64,000 bases of DNA, taken from assembly GCA_965140415.1 (NCBI GenBank), contig OZ223209.1:3232001-3296000 (forward strand), read 5' to 3'. The position numbers and the translations under genes are program-made. Positions 55,077-64,000 of this stretch are shown here, piece by piece. Origin of the DNA: Myxococcota bacterium (GTDB lineage Bacteria; Myxococcota_A; SURF-8). The notes under the pieces were generated by a model, which did not search any database, was not told where the DNA came from, and saw only the letters and a program-made list of their open reading frames with translations. How positions within the stretch are numbered: position 1 is the stretch's first letter; the number at the start of each line of letters is the position of its first letter.

Positions 55077-56141
55077 TCATTTTTTCTTTTTGGAATTTTT
55101 CGATGGCGTGGACTTTCGCTTGCGCCAACTGGCCACAGCTCGACTGGATTTCATTTCATACGGACGCTCCAGCAACTCCAGTTCTTTCTTCTGTTTGCGG
55201 TAGCTTTCCATGCGACTCGCGTCCAGTTCTCCAGCCTCAATTGCCGCCAATACGGCACAGCCCGGCTCTTTTTCATGGCTACAGTCGCGAAACTGGCATT
55301 TCGCCGCAATCTCTGCGATATCGCTGAAAGCCAGCCTTAAAACCTCCTGATCGCCCCACAGCTGCACTTCACGCATGCCGGGGGTATCGATGACCAAGGC
55401 TCCAGAATGCAGCAGGATCAACTCACGATGCGTCGTGGTGTGACGCCCCCGGTCGTCGTATTCGCGCACCGGACCGGTAAGCTGGCGCTCTTCCCCAAGT
55501 AAACGATTGATAATAGAGGATTTTCCTACTCCGGAAGACCCAAGCAGGGCAACGCTTTCGCCTTCTTTCAGATAGCTCTCCAATTGTGGAAAACCTTCTC
55601 CCGTTTGAGCGCTGAGCGCCAGCACGGGCAAGTCGAGCGCCAGTTGCCGAGTCTGCTCGATACGGCTGGCCACATCCTCGCAGATATCCAGTTTATTCAA
55701 TAAAACCACCGGTTCAGCGCCACTTTCCCAGGCCATCGTAAGAAAGCGCTCGATCCGGCGCGGATTGAACTCGCCATCCAGCCCGCTCACTAAAAATACG
55801 GTGTCGATATTGGCGGCTACAACCTGGGCATCCAGTTCCATACCCGAGGCGCGCCGTGAAAAGGCACTGAAACGCGGCAGCAGATCGTAAATTACGGCGC
55901 GAGAATCGTTTTTTCGCGCTTTGACCGCAACCCAATCACCGACTACCGGAAAATCGGCCAGCGTTTGGGTTTCGTGGCGAAATTTCCCCAATACGCGCGC
56001 CAAACAGACGCGATCGTCCAGCGCAATGGAATAGGAAGTTCGAAAAGCGCGAAGAACGCGGGCCGGTTGCAGCCCTTTTCGGCGATAGGGTCGGAACTGT
56101 CGTTCCCATTCATCATTCCAACCCAGTTGTCGAAGGTTCAT
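55077..56141 (-). CDS. rsgA: Ribosome small subunit-dependent GTPase A
   Basis: PVVGDWV, VAANID, LNKLD, GSSGVGKS, GRHTTT, DTPGMRE, CQFRDCSHEKEPGC. Confidence 0.95.
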   Translation of the reverse strand: MNLRQLGWNDEWERQFRPYRRKGLQPARVLRAFRTSYSIALDDRVCLARVLGKFRHETQTLADFPVVGDWVAVKARKNDSRAVIYDLLPRFSAFSRRASGMELDAQVVAANIDTVFLVSGLDGEFNPRRIERFLTMAWESGAEPVVLLNKLDICEDVASRIEQTRQLALDLPVLALSAQTGEGFPQLESYLKEGESVALLGSSGVGKSSIINRLLGEERQLTGPVREYDDRGRHTTTHRELILLHSGALVIDTPGMREVQLWGDQEVLRLAFSDIAEIAAKCQFRDCSHEKEPGCAVLAAIEAGELDASRMESYRKQKKELELLERPYEMKSSRAVASWRKRKSTPSKNSKKKK

Positions 56142-56459
56142 CCTTTTCCCTTTTCCTGTGATCGCCGCTGCAACAAAACTACTTTTTTATGTCGACGGAT
56201 CTGTCCGACAGCATAACCAACAAAAAAACAAAGTCAATATCAGCCGTAAAGATTATCATCCTCCCTTTTCAGTGCCGATTTCAACACAAGCAAACACCCA
56301 CGAATCCCACTGTTTTTACACACCTTTTTAAAACACTCACATTCAATACCTATTATTTTTTCTTTTTTTTAACATATACCCCTTGCTTTTTTTTCATTTC
56401 CATTTATTTTTTTGTCCGGTTATTGGAGGTGAACGCAGCAGCTATCTGGAGCGAAGATC

Positions 56460-56879
56460 ATGCCGATTTACGAGTATCAATGCGAGAAATGCAACAAAGT
56501 TATCGAAGTGATGCAGAAAATCACAGAAGAACCTTTGCAGGAGTGCGAGTGTGGAGAACATGGTAAGGTCCATCGCTTGATCTCCAGAACATCCTTCGTA
56601 CTCAAAGGCACCGGCTGGTACGAAACCGATTTCAAAGATAAAGGCAAAAGCAAATCCGGCAGCTCTCACGCCTCATCCCCCTCCAATGGTTCGAACGACT
56701 CCAGCCAATCCGCCGCCTCAGATACCTCCAGCGGCTCCAATGGTGACAGCAGCAACTCCACGACTTCCGAAAGCAAAAGCAACGGCGACAGCACGAAGTC
56801 GGAAGCCAGCACGACCACCGCGACTCCGAGTTCCTCTGCTTCTTCGGAGAGCAAAGCCAGCACCAGCAAAGCATCCTGA
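56460..56879 (+). CDS. FmdB-family zinc-ribbon protein with Ser-rich low-complexity tail
   Basis: [11 protein letters not shown]...[13 protein letters not shown]. Confidence 0.9.
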   Translation: MPIYEYQCEKCNKVIEVMQKITEEPLQECECGEHGKVHRLISRTSFVLKGTGWYETDFKDKGKSKSGSSHASSPSNGSNDSSQSAASDTSSGSNGDSSNSTTSESKSNGDSTKSEASTTTATPSSSASSESKASTSKAS

Positions 56880-56934
56880 AGCACGACTCTGACACTTATT
56901 GCGATTCTCAATCATTTTCAGCCACAGATTCTGT

Positions 56935-57059
56935 GATTTTGTGCCATCGTCTTATGCGATCGAAGATCGTGGAAGGCAGTGTGTCTTCAATAAGTTACGC
57001 ACGGCCTCCCGGAATTCTCATTCCGTGATACCATGGCACATCATGATTACTCGATGGAC
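56935..57059. repeat. Dispersed repeat family B, copy 2
   Basis: Aligns with 31653-31763; TGTGCCAT...ATGGCACA can close a long stem. Confidence 0.85.
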
Positions 57060-57163
57060 AAAACTGATAATGCATAATGATTTCTATAAGGGATTTGTTA
57101 TTTGACGCCCCCAGCCGACTCCGCTACACTGGATTTCAAGCTTTCTTTAAACTGGCGGACGTG

Positions 57164-58783
57164 ATGCAGAGGCTACTACTTCCCTTACTCATATTCATTC
57201 TCCACACCTCATTGGCGTGGGCAGGCGACGACCTGGAAAAACTGGATCGCGAAGTCGATATTGCCAGCAGCCCCTGGCAAACACCCGTTCCTCCATTTTC
57301 AGACTGGTCCCTGCTGGATACAAGCCGAACGGCGGGAGAGATTACTCTTCATCTGAAACATATCCAGAGCGCACTGCCTCTCGATCTGATCCTGACCAAA
57401 CGCGATGACGACCAGGCGCACTACTCTCAAACTCGCCTTTACAATCTGCTTTATCGCGAACCGCAGAACCAGCAGATTGACCCGTCGGCACTTAAAGCAC
57501 TGCTTGAGGCATGGCGATCTAACCTATTGGAGTTCGAAGAACCTAAAACGTTTTTACTTGGTCATCAACAACTGGATCGCACTGCCCGGCAGCAAGCCAC
57601 CCAAAAACGAATCGACCGGCGCAACAAGGCGATCAAAGCCGAACAACGCCGCAAGCAACTGGGAGTGGAACAGTTCCTTGGCCAAGGTCAACGTCTAAAA
57701 CTCAGTGAAACGGAACTTCAAGTCTGGATGGGACTGCTATTGCTATCCGTTCTGGTCTTTCTGTACCCGCCTGTCAATTGTCTTAGGGTTGGAAATGGAA
57801 GCCCGATCATTCCCAGTGGACACTTCACCTCAGCCATGCTAGCCTTGGCATTTGCGCTCGGCACAACAAGCACTTTACAAACGTATCTTCATGGTGTTAC
57901 GACAGACACCTCAAGCAGCTTCGAGCAAACAACAGCCACATTACTGAACATACTGCCATCCATCTTTCTTGAATTCGACCAATGGTTTAACGACTTCTCC
58001 GGCATGGGTTGGTCGCTTTTACTTGGGGCACTGATCTACATCAATCTGTTCTTCATCCAGCGCATCGCATATGTCCTGTATGCGCAACGACAGATCGGCC
58101 TGATTACCGCCCTGCTTTATGTACTTTTCCGCTTTCTCAGCGCCGATACAACGGCTTTACTGCCTACTTTGATTGCAGACTGCGGTATCGGCTTGTCACT
58201 CTTGGGACTGACGAACGCAACGCTATCCAAGAGGAACCGCTGGCAGATCTTCTTCGCCGTCACCGGCTCGACGCTGGCAATATGGCAAGTCCCCTGCCTG
58301 ATCGGCCTGCTTCCATTATTATGGATCTACCCGCTTATCATCAGCCCGGACTGGAAAGCGACGCTGGCCTCTCCGCTTAGCTGGACACCTCCCCTTTTAA
58401 CCGCCCTGGCTGCTGCACCGCTTTTCGCATGGACTTCCTCTACTCCTGCCGACTTGCTATTGCCGACTTTGTTTCTTGGAGGATTTTCGGATTTCTCCCT
58501 AGCCGGCCTGACAACGATGTCCCCTTCCTGGATTTTCGGCATTCTTGCCATAGTTGGGATCGTCATGTCGATCGGCATCTGGCTGCAACCCACCGGAGTG
58601 CGCCTCACCTCTTTGGCACTGCTTTTAAGCCTGCTTTTCTGTCTGATCTTCAAGATCGGATTTACAGGAGATTTAGCCAAAGCCTGCAAACTCGAACAAC
58701 TCTTCCTGCTGCCATTATTGCTTCTGGCATCGATGATCTTTGCCGCCTATCTTCGATTGCGTGGCAAAACAAGCGAATTGTAG
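57164..58783 (+). CDS. Hypothetical protein: signal peptide, soluble domain, then many TM segments
   Basis: MQRLLLPLLIFILHTSLAWA signal-like sequence and a polytopic Leu-rich C-terminal two-thirds. Start is uncertain. Confidence 0.7.
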   Translation: MQRLLLPLLIFILHTSLAWAGDDLEKLDREVDIASSPWQTPVPPFSDWSLLDTSRTAGEITLHLKHIQSALPLDLILTKRDDDQAHYSQTRLYNLLYREPQNQQIDPSALKALLEAWRSNLLEFEEPKTFLLGHQQLDRTARQQATQKRIDRRNKAIKAEQRRKQLGVEQFLGQGQRLKLSETELQVWMGLLLLSVLVFLYPPVNCLRVGNGSPIIPSGHFTSAMLALAFALGTTSTLQTYLHGVTTDTSSSFEQTTATLLNILPSIFLEFDQWFNDFSGMGWSLLLGALIYINLFFIQRIAYVLYAQRQIGLITALLYVLFRFLSADTTALLPTLIADCGIGLSLLGLTNATLSKRNRWQIFFAVTGSTLAIWQVPCLIGLLPLLWIYPLIISPDWKATLASPLSWTPPLLTALAAAPLFAWTSSTPADLLLPTLFLGGFSDFSLAGLTTMSPSWIFGILAIVGIVMSIGIWLQPTGVRLTSLALLLSLLFCLIFKIGFTGDLAKACKLEQLFLLPLLLLASMIFAAYLRLRGKTSEL

Positions 58784-58952
58784 CCCTTGCAATCAATAAA
58801 TTCGGTTCAGAATGAAAATCAGCAAAAAAACGGCAGGCACAATCTTGACAGAAAGATGAAAGAAAGGGATGGTAAACTCGTTCTGTATTGAACCGACCCC
58901 GTTTCTTTAAATGGGTTCACGTGCTTTAACGGGAATGGTAAAGGCGGATAGT

Positions 58953-59876
58953 ATGTTCGGAATGGGTACACCATTGGAATGGGGCGTTTTCGGCGGCATC
59001 GTACTCGGTCTGCTGGCCCTGGATCTTTTCCTGTTCAACCGGGAGGCGCACCAGGTTTCCGTACGCGAAGCAGCCATTTGGAGCGCCGTTTGGGTTGGCC
59101 TGTCGTTACTGTTCAACGTCTTTGTCTATTTCGATCACGGCTACGAGCCGGCAATCAACTTTCTCACCGCCTATTTAGTCGAGAAGTCGCTCTCCGTCGA
59201 CAACTTGTTCGTATTCCTGGCGTTATTCAACTACTTTAAAATACCGAGTAAATACCAACATCGGGTGTTGTTCTGGGGAGTAATCGGCGCACTGCTGATG
59301 CGTATCCTGTTCATCGGCGCAGGTGCCGCACTGTTGTCCACTTTCGACTGGATGATGTATGTTTTTGGAGCCTTCTTGATTTACACCGGTGTCAAACTCG
59401 GCGTTTCCGGAGATCACGACATCGACCCGGCGCATTCGCCGATCATGAAAATCACGACTCGCTTTTTCCGCATTTCAAAGCAATTGCATGGCAGCCGCTT
59501 TTTCATCCGCGAAAACGGTGTGCGCATGGCGACTCCGCTGTTTCTGGTGCTCGTGATTATCGAGTTTACAGATGTGCTGTTCGCCTTCGATTCCGTTCCT
59601 GCCGTACTGGCAATCTCGAACGATCTGTTTATCGTGTATACTTCCAATATTTTCGCGATTTTAGGACTGCGCGCCCTGTACTTTCTGCTGGCAGGAGTTA
59701 TTGAAAAGCTACGTTTCTTGGACACCGGTTTGGCCATCATCCTGTGCTTTATCGGCGTTAAAATGGTGATTGCGGAGTGGATTCACATTCCGGCATTGAC
59801 CAGTTTCGGCGTGATCTGCGGCGTCCTGACCGTCACCATCATCGCCTCGATCCTTATTCCCAAAAAACAGGATTAG
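58953..59876 (+). CDS. TerC/Alx family membrane protein
   Basis: YLVEKSLSVDNLFVF, QHRVLFWGV, DVLFAFDSVPA, YTSNIFAILGLRALYF. Confidence 0.94.
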   Translation: MFGMGTPLEWGVFGGIVLGLLALDLFLFNREAHQVSVREAAIWSAVWVGLSLLFNVFVYFDHGYEPAINFLTAYLVEKSLSVDNLFVFLALFNYFKIPSKYQHRVLFWGVIGALLMRILFIGAGAALLSTFDWMMYVFGAFLIYTGVKLGVSGDHDIDPAHSPIMKITTRFFRISKQLHGSRFFIRENGVRMATPLFLVLVIIEFTDVLFAFDSVPAVLAISNDLFIVYTSNIFAILGLRALYFLLAGVIEKLRFLDTGLAIILCFIGVKMVIAEWIHIPALTSFGVICGVLTVTIIASILIPKKQD

Positions 59877-59929
59877 CCCGTTTTGAAACAAGGTTCCACG
59901 TCTTCAACCGGACAGCAGAACAGACAGGT

Positions 59930-60142
59930 AGAAATCCACAAGACCCACCATCAAGGAAGGGGTTTCCCTTCCCTCTACCGTCACTCGCCACGCATCATTT
60001 AGCGGCTTGTACCGGGGCGCGAGCCGCCGTCAAGGCTATATGAACGTCGCGTTGCTCCGGCCTTGACTACTGCCCGCTAGTACCCCGGTTATTCAAGCCT
60101 CATGATGCGAGGCGGCTCCGTCGGGGAAGGGAAAATCAAGCT
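59930..60142 (+). repeat. Dispersed structured element family C, copy 2
   Basis: Blocks AGAAATCCACAAGACCCACCATCAAGGAAGGG and CCTCATGATGCGAGGCGGCTCCGTCGGGGAAGGGAAAA are identical to copy 1. Confidence 0.85.
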
Positions 60143-60315
60143 ACCTGCGCTATTCGTTCGAATCGAGTAAGCTCCCCGGAAAGGGACGCTGAACCATATT
60201 TTGTAATCCACACAGATATGATGAAATAAATCAGACAGTTGAAACACTCCTATCATTAGGTGCTAAAACCATTGAGTAGAACCTATATTGCGACTGCAAA
60301 CAAAGGAGGGTACGA

Positions 60316-60771
60316 ATGTCGAAACATGTGATGATTGTGGACGATGACATCAACAACCTGGATTTCTTGACCACCGTATTGAAAAAGCACGGCTATGAAT
60401 CCTCGACGGCTAAAGATGGGCGTGAGGGCCTTGAAAAACTGAAAGGTTTCAAGCCCGATCTGCTGGTGCTGGATGTCATGATGCCGAAGAAAACCGGATT
60501 CGCGCTGTTCAAGCAGATGAAAGCGGATGCGGACCTGTGTGATATTCCAGTCGTTATGCTGACCGCCATTGCCGGTGTCATCGACGAAAACAAAGAAGCC
60601 GCCGCTGAAGAAACAATCAGTGAGATCGGCGATGCATTCCATGACAAAATGGAAAAGATGGTGCAATTCTTCCGCAGCGAAGGAGAAATTCGACCGGAAG
60701 CCTTTGTCGACAAACCCATTCAGCCGGATATCTTCGTCGCGACCATTGAGAAGTTCATCGGCAAGCCATAG
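60316..60771 (+). CDS. Single-domain response regulator
   Basis: MIVDDD, LDVMMP, VMLTA, VDKP; RBS AGGAGG. Confidence 0.92.
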   Translation: MSKHVMIVDDDINNLDFLTTVLKKHGYESSTAKDGREGLEKLKGFKPDLLVLDVMMPKKTGFALFKQMKADADLCDIPVVMLTAIAGVIDENKEAAAEETISEIGDAFHDKMEKMVQFFRSEGEIRPEAFVDKPIQPDIFVATIEKFIGKP

Positions 60772-60905
60772 CTCCGATTCCACTGGATGCTACAGAAATG
60801 TTGTGGTGGAAAAGGAAGTTACTGTCATTCGTTGGGATAATCGAAATCTGACAGAACGATGGCAGGGAGCGGAATCGCTCCAAACGAAAAGAATGGCAAC
60901 AATCG

Positions 60906-62786
60906 ATGGAAGCGGCAAAACGTCCACAAAAAGCGGTGTTGGTCGGAGGCGGAAAGGCGAGCCGTGAGATCCTGGAACTAGTTGTATCCGGGAAACTCAA
61001 AGTCTTTTCCCTTGAAATCATGGCCGTCGTCGATCCAAACCTGGAAGCCCCTGGCGTAATATACGCCGATGAGCATTACTGGCCGACCTTGCAGAGCATT
61101 GAAGAAGCATTGCATCTGCCAGGATTGGAAGTTGTCATCGAACTGACCAACGATCCACGAGTGACCGAACAACTGTATCGCCAAGTCCCAAAAGGGGTGC
61201 GCATTATCGACCATATGACCGCGCGCCTCTTTTGGGATATCTTTGAATTCGATCAGCAGTTGGTGGCTCAATTCAAGGAAAAACAACAACTTCAGAAACA
61301 GGTCGAAACCGAACGCAAGAACCTGCAACAGATTCTGGACAGCCTGCCGCATGTCGTCATGGTAGTCGACCCGGACTTGCGTATTACCTGGTCGAACCGG
61401 CGTTTCAACCAGGTCACCGGTATTCCAACAGCACAGGCAGTCGGAGAACACTGCTATAAAGCCTTTTGCAGAAAACTGGACCGGTACGAAATCGGTGAAG
61501 ACCAGTGCCCCTGCCGCAAGGTGATGAAAACCGGCGAGCAGGTTACGCTGACCAAAGAACGCATCAGCGGTGGGACCAAGCGTTACTATGAAATCACGGC
61601 TAGTCCGATCAAGGACGAAAGCGGAAAGATCGTTCAGATTGTTGAAACTTCTCAGGAAATCACGACTCTGAAAGAGATGATCCAGACGACCCAGGAGCAA
61701 CAGCAGCTGTTCGAAAACTTCATGCAGACTGCGAGCGATTTCTTTGCGATAAAGGACATGCAGGGTCGCTACTTGGTGATCAACAACAGCTTTGCCCAAT
61801 TCTTCGGCAAAACCCCCAATGAATTCATTGGACGCGATGACCAGGAAGTCTTGCCGCAGGATATCGCCCTTATGATGGAATACGGCGATCAGCAAGTGAA
61901 ACGCTTACAGGCGGATCTCTGCTATACCGATACGTTCCTGCATCAAGGGAAAGAGTGCACCCTGCTGACGACGCGCTTCCCGCTACGCGACTACGAAGGC
62001 ACCATGACCGGTGTTTGCTCGATTTCACGAGACGTCACGGAAGAGCGTCGCCTGCAAAATCAATTGCTGCAATCGGAACGACTGGCGGCAGTCGGTCGCG
62101 CCATTGGCGGGCTGGCCCATGATATCAAGAACATATTGAACGGTTTGCAAGGTGGCCAATACGTGCTGGATTACGGCGTCGAGAATGAAGATATCGGAGA
62201 TATTAAAAAAGGAAAGCGGATGCTGGAACGCAACATCTCGCGTATTTCCGATATGATTCGCAATATGCTGGCCTATTCAAAAGATCGTAAACCCGTTTTT
62301 TCATTGGTGAATCCGCGAGATCTGGTTTCCGAACTTTGCGAAACCGTTTCCGCCAATCTCGACGATCACGGGATTACATTTGTTTGTGATAACCACTGTC
62401 TGGACCAGGAACTCTACCTCGATGGCACCCAGCTTTATCGGGTACTGACGAACTTCGTCAGCAATGCCATCGATGCCTGTAACGAAAAAGTCTATACCGA
62501 TGAAGATGGTCCGATCATCACGATCAGCGCCTGCCCCGATACCCACGATCAACGGAATCTGATGATCACCGTGATGGACAACGGCATCGGCATGACGGAA
62601 AAAGTCAAGAAGCAGATGTTCGAAGGCTTTTTCAGCACAAAAGGATCGCGAGGCACCGGCTTCGGCATGCCGGTCAGTAGAAAACTGGTGCAGGAGATGG
62701 GAGGCCGGATGGAAGTCGAATCCGAATTCGGCAAGGGTACGACCTTGCGTGTGATTCTACCTGCCCATACGGAAAAACCCGCCTGA
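60906..62786 (+). CDS. Cytoplasmic PAS-PAS sensor histidine kinase with N-terminal Rossmann-like domain
   Basis: LAHDIKN H-box, NFVSNAIDA, DNGIG, FFSTKG..GTGFG; two PAS domains; N-terminal VLVGGG. Confidence 0.92.
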   Translation: MEAAKRPQKAVLVGGGKASREILELVVSGKLKVFSLEIMAVVDPNLEAPGVIYADEHYWPTLQSIEEALHLPGLEVVIELTNDPRVTEQLYRQVPKGVRIIDHMTARLFWDIFEFDQQLVAQFKEKQQLQKQVETERKNLQQILDSLPHVVMVVDPDLRITWSNRRFNQVTGIPTAQAVGEHCYKAFCRKLDRYEIGEDQCPCRKVMKTGEQVTLTKERISGGTKRYYEITASPIKDESGKIVQIVETSQEITTLKEMIQTTQEQQQLFENFMQTASDFFAIKDMQGRYLVINNSFAQFFGKTPNEFIGRDDQEVLPQDIALMMEYGDQQVKRLQADLCYTDTFLHQGKECTLLTTRFPLRDYEGTMTGVCSISRDVTEERRLQNQLLQSERLAAVGRAIGGLAHDIKNILNGLQGGQYVLDYGVENEDIGDIKKGKRMLERNISRISDMIRNMLAYSKDRKPVFSLVNPRDLVSELCETVSANLDDHGITFVCDNHCLDQELYLDGTQLYRVLTNFVSNAIDACNEKVYTDEDGPIITISACPDTHDQRNLMITVMDNGIGMTEKVKKQMFEGFFSTKGSRGTGFGMPVSRKLVQEMGGRMEVESEFGKGTTLRVILPAHTEKPA

Positions 62787-62799
62787 TTATCCTGTTTTA

Positions 62800-64000
62800 T
62801 CAAGGACTGCTTTCTTCCGATTGCACTTCGGGTTCATCCACTGTCGAATCCGGTTGCGGACTGGGTATCTCCTCCGAGTTGCTGCTGCGATCGAAATGAT
62901 AGCCTATAGACAACGTCGCAACGTGCCGGAAGGTGTGAAAGGTTCCCGGAAGCGGGGCTTCCGTAGAGAGCTCGTGGGGAATCATATAACTGAACATATA
63001 CGCGACATCAACGTAAACGATGTCGTTGGCCACCGAATCCCATTGACCGCCGAAACCGACACCAACATTCAAGCGCTGGCTATCCGGCTGCAAAGGATCC
63101 ACGGCTTTGTCGGGCTGCACGTCGCTGTCGTATGAAACACCAAGACGCGCCACGAAGTTGTCGGTAGCCCAGCCTTCAACGCCAAGGGCGATCTGGAAAC
63201 CGTCACTTAAATCCTGCTCGATGATCTCGGCCATCCGGCGTTCTTCCGGGCCTTCATACATGCCATATTCAAAATCGACCTGCCGCGTTTCGTACAGGGA
63301 CCAGGAGAAGTACCAGAGATCCAGTTCCAGTGAGACGCGCTCGTGCGGCCAGAATCGTGCTCCAAGGGAAAGCTGGTGCGGAGCCTGAATGCGGAAATCG
63401 TAATTCTGCTCCTGAAAACGCCAGGCCCAAGGAGAACTGACATCGAACGACATCTTCCCGTCGAACTTCAGATCGTAGGTGCTGCGGTAGCCCAGACCCA
63501 CACGCGCCCAATCGACAGGCTGATACGCGATTCCGAAGTTGCCGCCAAAGCCCCAACCGCTTCCTTCCAGTTTCATCTGGTTTTCCGCCTGCTCCTGCCC
63601 ACTTGGAATTACACCAAGTGTCAAGCTGCGAGTCGTCAAAAACGACGCCCAGATCGCGTCGAAACCGGCTGCAAGATGCAGGTTTTTACATGGAGTAAAC
63701 GAAATGTTCGGATTGACCGTCATGCTTTTGATTTCATTGCGAATGGCGATGTGCGAACCTTCCCACTGCTCCGGCCAACTCAGTTTGATGCCATAGTTGG
63801 GAAAAACAGCCAGCCCTAAGCTCAGGATGTCGTTGATTTTAAAGGAAGTAAACAAATGCGGGCCGAATTCCGGCTTGATATTGCTTTCCGTTTTGACACC
63901 CTGCGGGTTTTCATAGGTGCTGTCCGCGATATACACGGTCAAACCCAATTCCAACGCCTGCCCTTCGATAAAGGAGATGTTGGCGGCGTTGTGATACTGC
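62800..64000 (-). CDS. OmpP1/FadL-family outer-membrane transporter; 5' truncated by the window edge
   Basis: Frame is open to the edge (YHNAANISF). LGLAVFPNYG..W, VNPNISF, GWGFGGNFG, GLGYRS, RLGVSYD, QPDSQR. Confidence 0.88.
   Translation of the reverse strand, partial: QYHNAANISFIEGQALELGLTVYIADSTYENPQGVKTESNIKPEFGPHLFTSFKINDILSLGLAVFPNYGIKLSWPEQWEGSHIAIRNEIKSMTVNPNISFTPCKNLHLAAGFDAIWASFLTTRSLTLGVIPSGQEQAENQMKLEGSGWGFGGNFGIAYQPVDWARVGLGYRSTYDLKFDGKMSFDVSSPWAWRFQEQNYDFRIQAPHQLSLGARFWPHERVSLELDLWYFSWSLYETRQVDFEYGMYEGPEERRMAEIIEQDLSDGFQIALGVEGWATDNFVARLGVSYDSDVQPDKAVDPLQPDSQRLNVGVGFGGQWDSVANDIVYVDVAYMFSYMIPHELSTEAPLPGTFHTFRHVATLSIGYHFDRSSNSEEIPSPQPDSTVDEPEVQSEESSP

Noticed and set aside
56365-56415. 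Long T-rich tract upstream of the FmdB-like gene as a phase-variable site
   Set aside because: The tracts are interrupted and at most 9 nt, consistent with an ordinary AT-rich promoter region.
58790-58952. yybP-ykoY (Mn2+) riboswitch expected upstream of terC/alx
   Set aside because: The conserved GGGGAGUAG and GAGACC elements were not found.
60978-61895. 305-aa minus-strand ORF
   Set aside because: It is an antisense shadow of the histidine kinase.

Overview
Chromosomal 64-kb segment of a diderm bacterium. A deltaproteobacterial or Myxococcota-like origin is inferred from MYXO-CTERM-like sorting signals and DGD-rich lipoproteins, but not proven. No CRISPR array, prophage, transposase or rRNA is visible. 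Coding content: a small aryl-polyene-like type II FAS/PKS cluster; an alkylation-repair pair (Ogt-AlkA fusion plus AlkD-like); a frameshifted nuclease-DinG helicase; a six-gene ethylmalonyl-CoA pathway operon whose Ccr carries a C-terminal CBS pair; several large surface proteins; and housekeeping genes. Non-coding content: an atypical initiator-type tRNA-Met, a DnaA-box cluster without a neighbouring dnaA, and three families of dispersed structured repeats. The most striking observations are four. (1) A ~3050-aa single ORF has an internal C-terminal-type sorting signal followed immediately by a lipoprotein signal peptide. It looks like a polyprotein of two surface proteins, one with a dockerin-like and the other with a cohesin-like module. 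(2) A candidate sigma54-driven ~115-nt small RNA with paired activator sites lies divergent from the ethylmalonyl-CoA operon. (3) A 53-bp, five-unit (10-11-11-11-10) helically phased array occurs three times. (4) The Ccr-CBS fusion. All protein family calls are from motif recognition by eye; no database searches were run.
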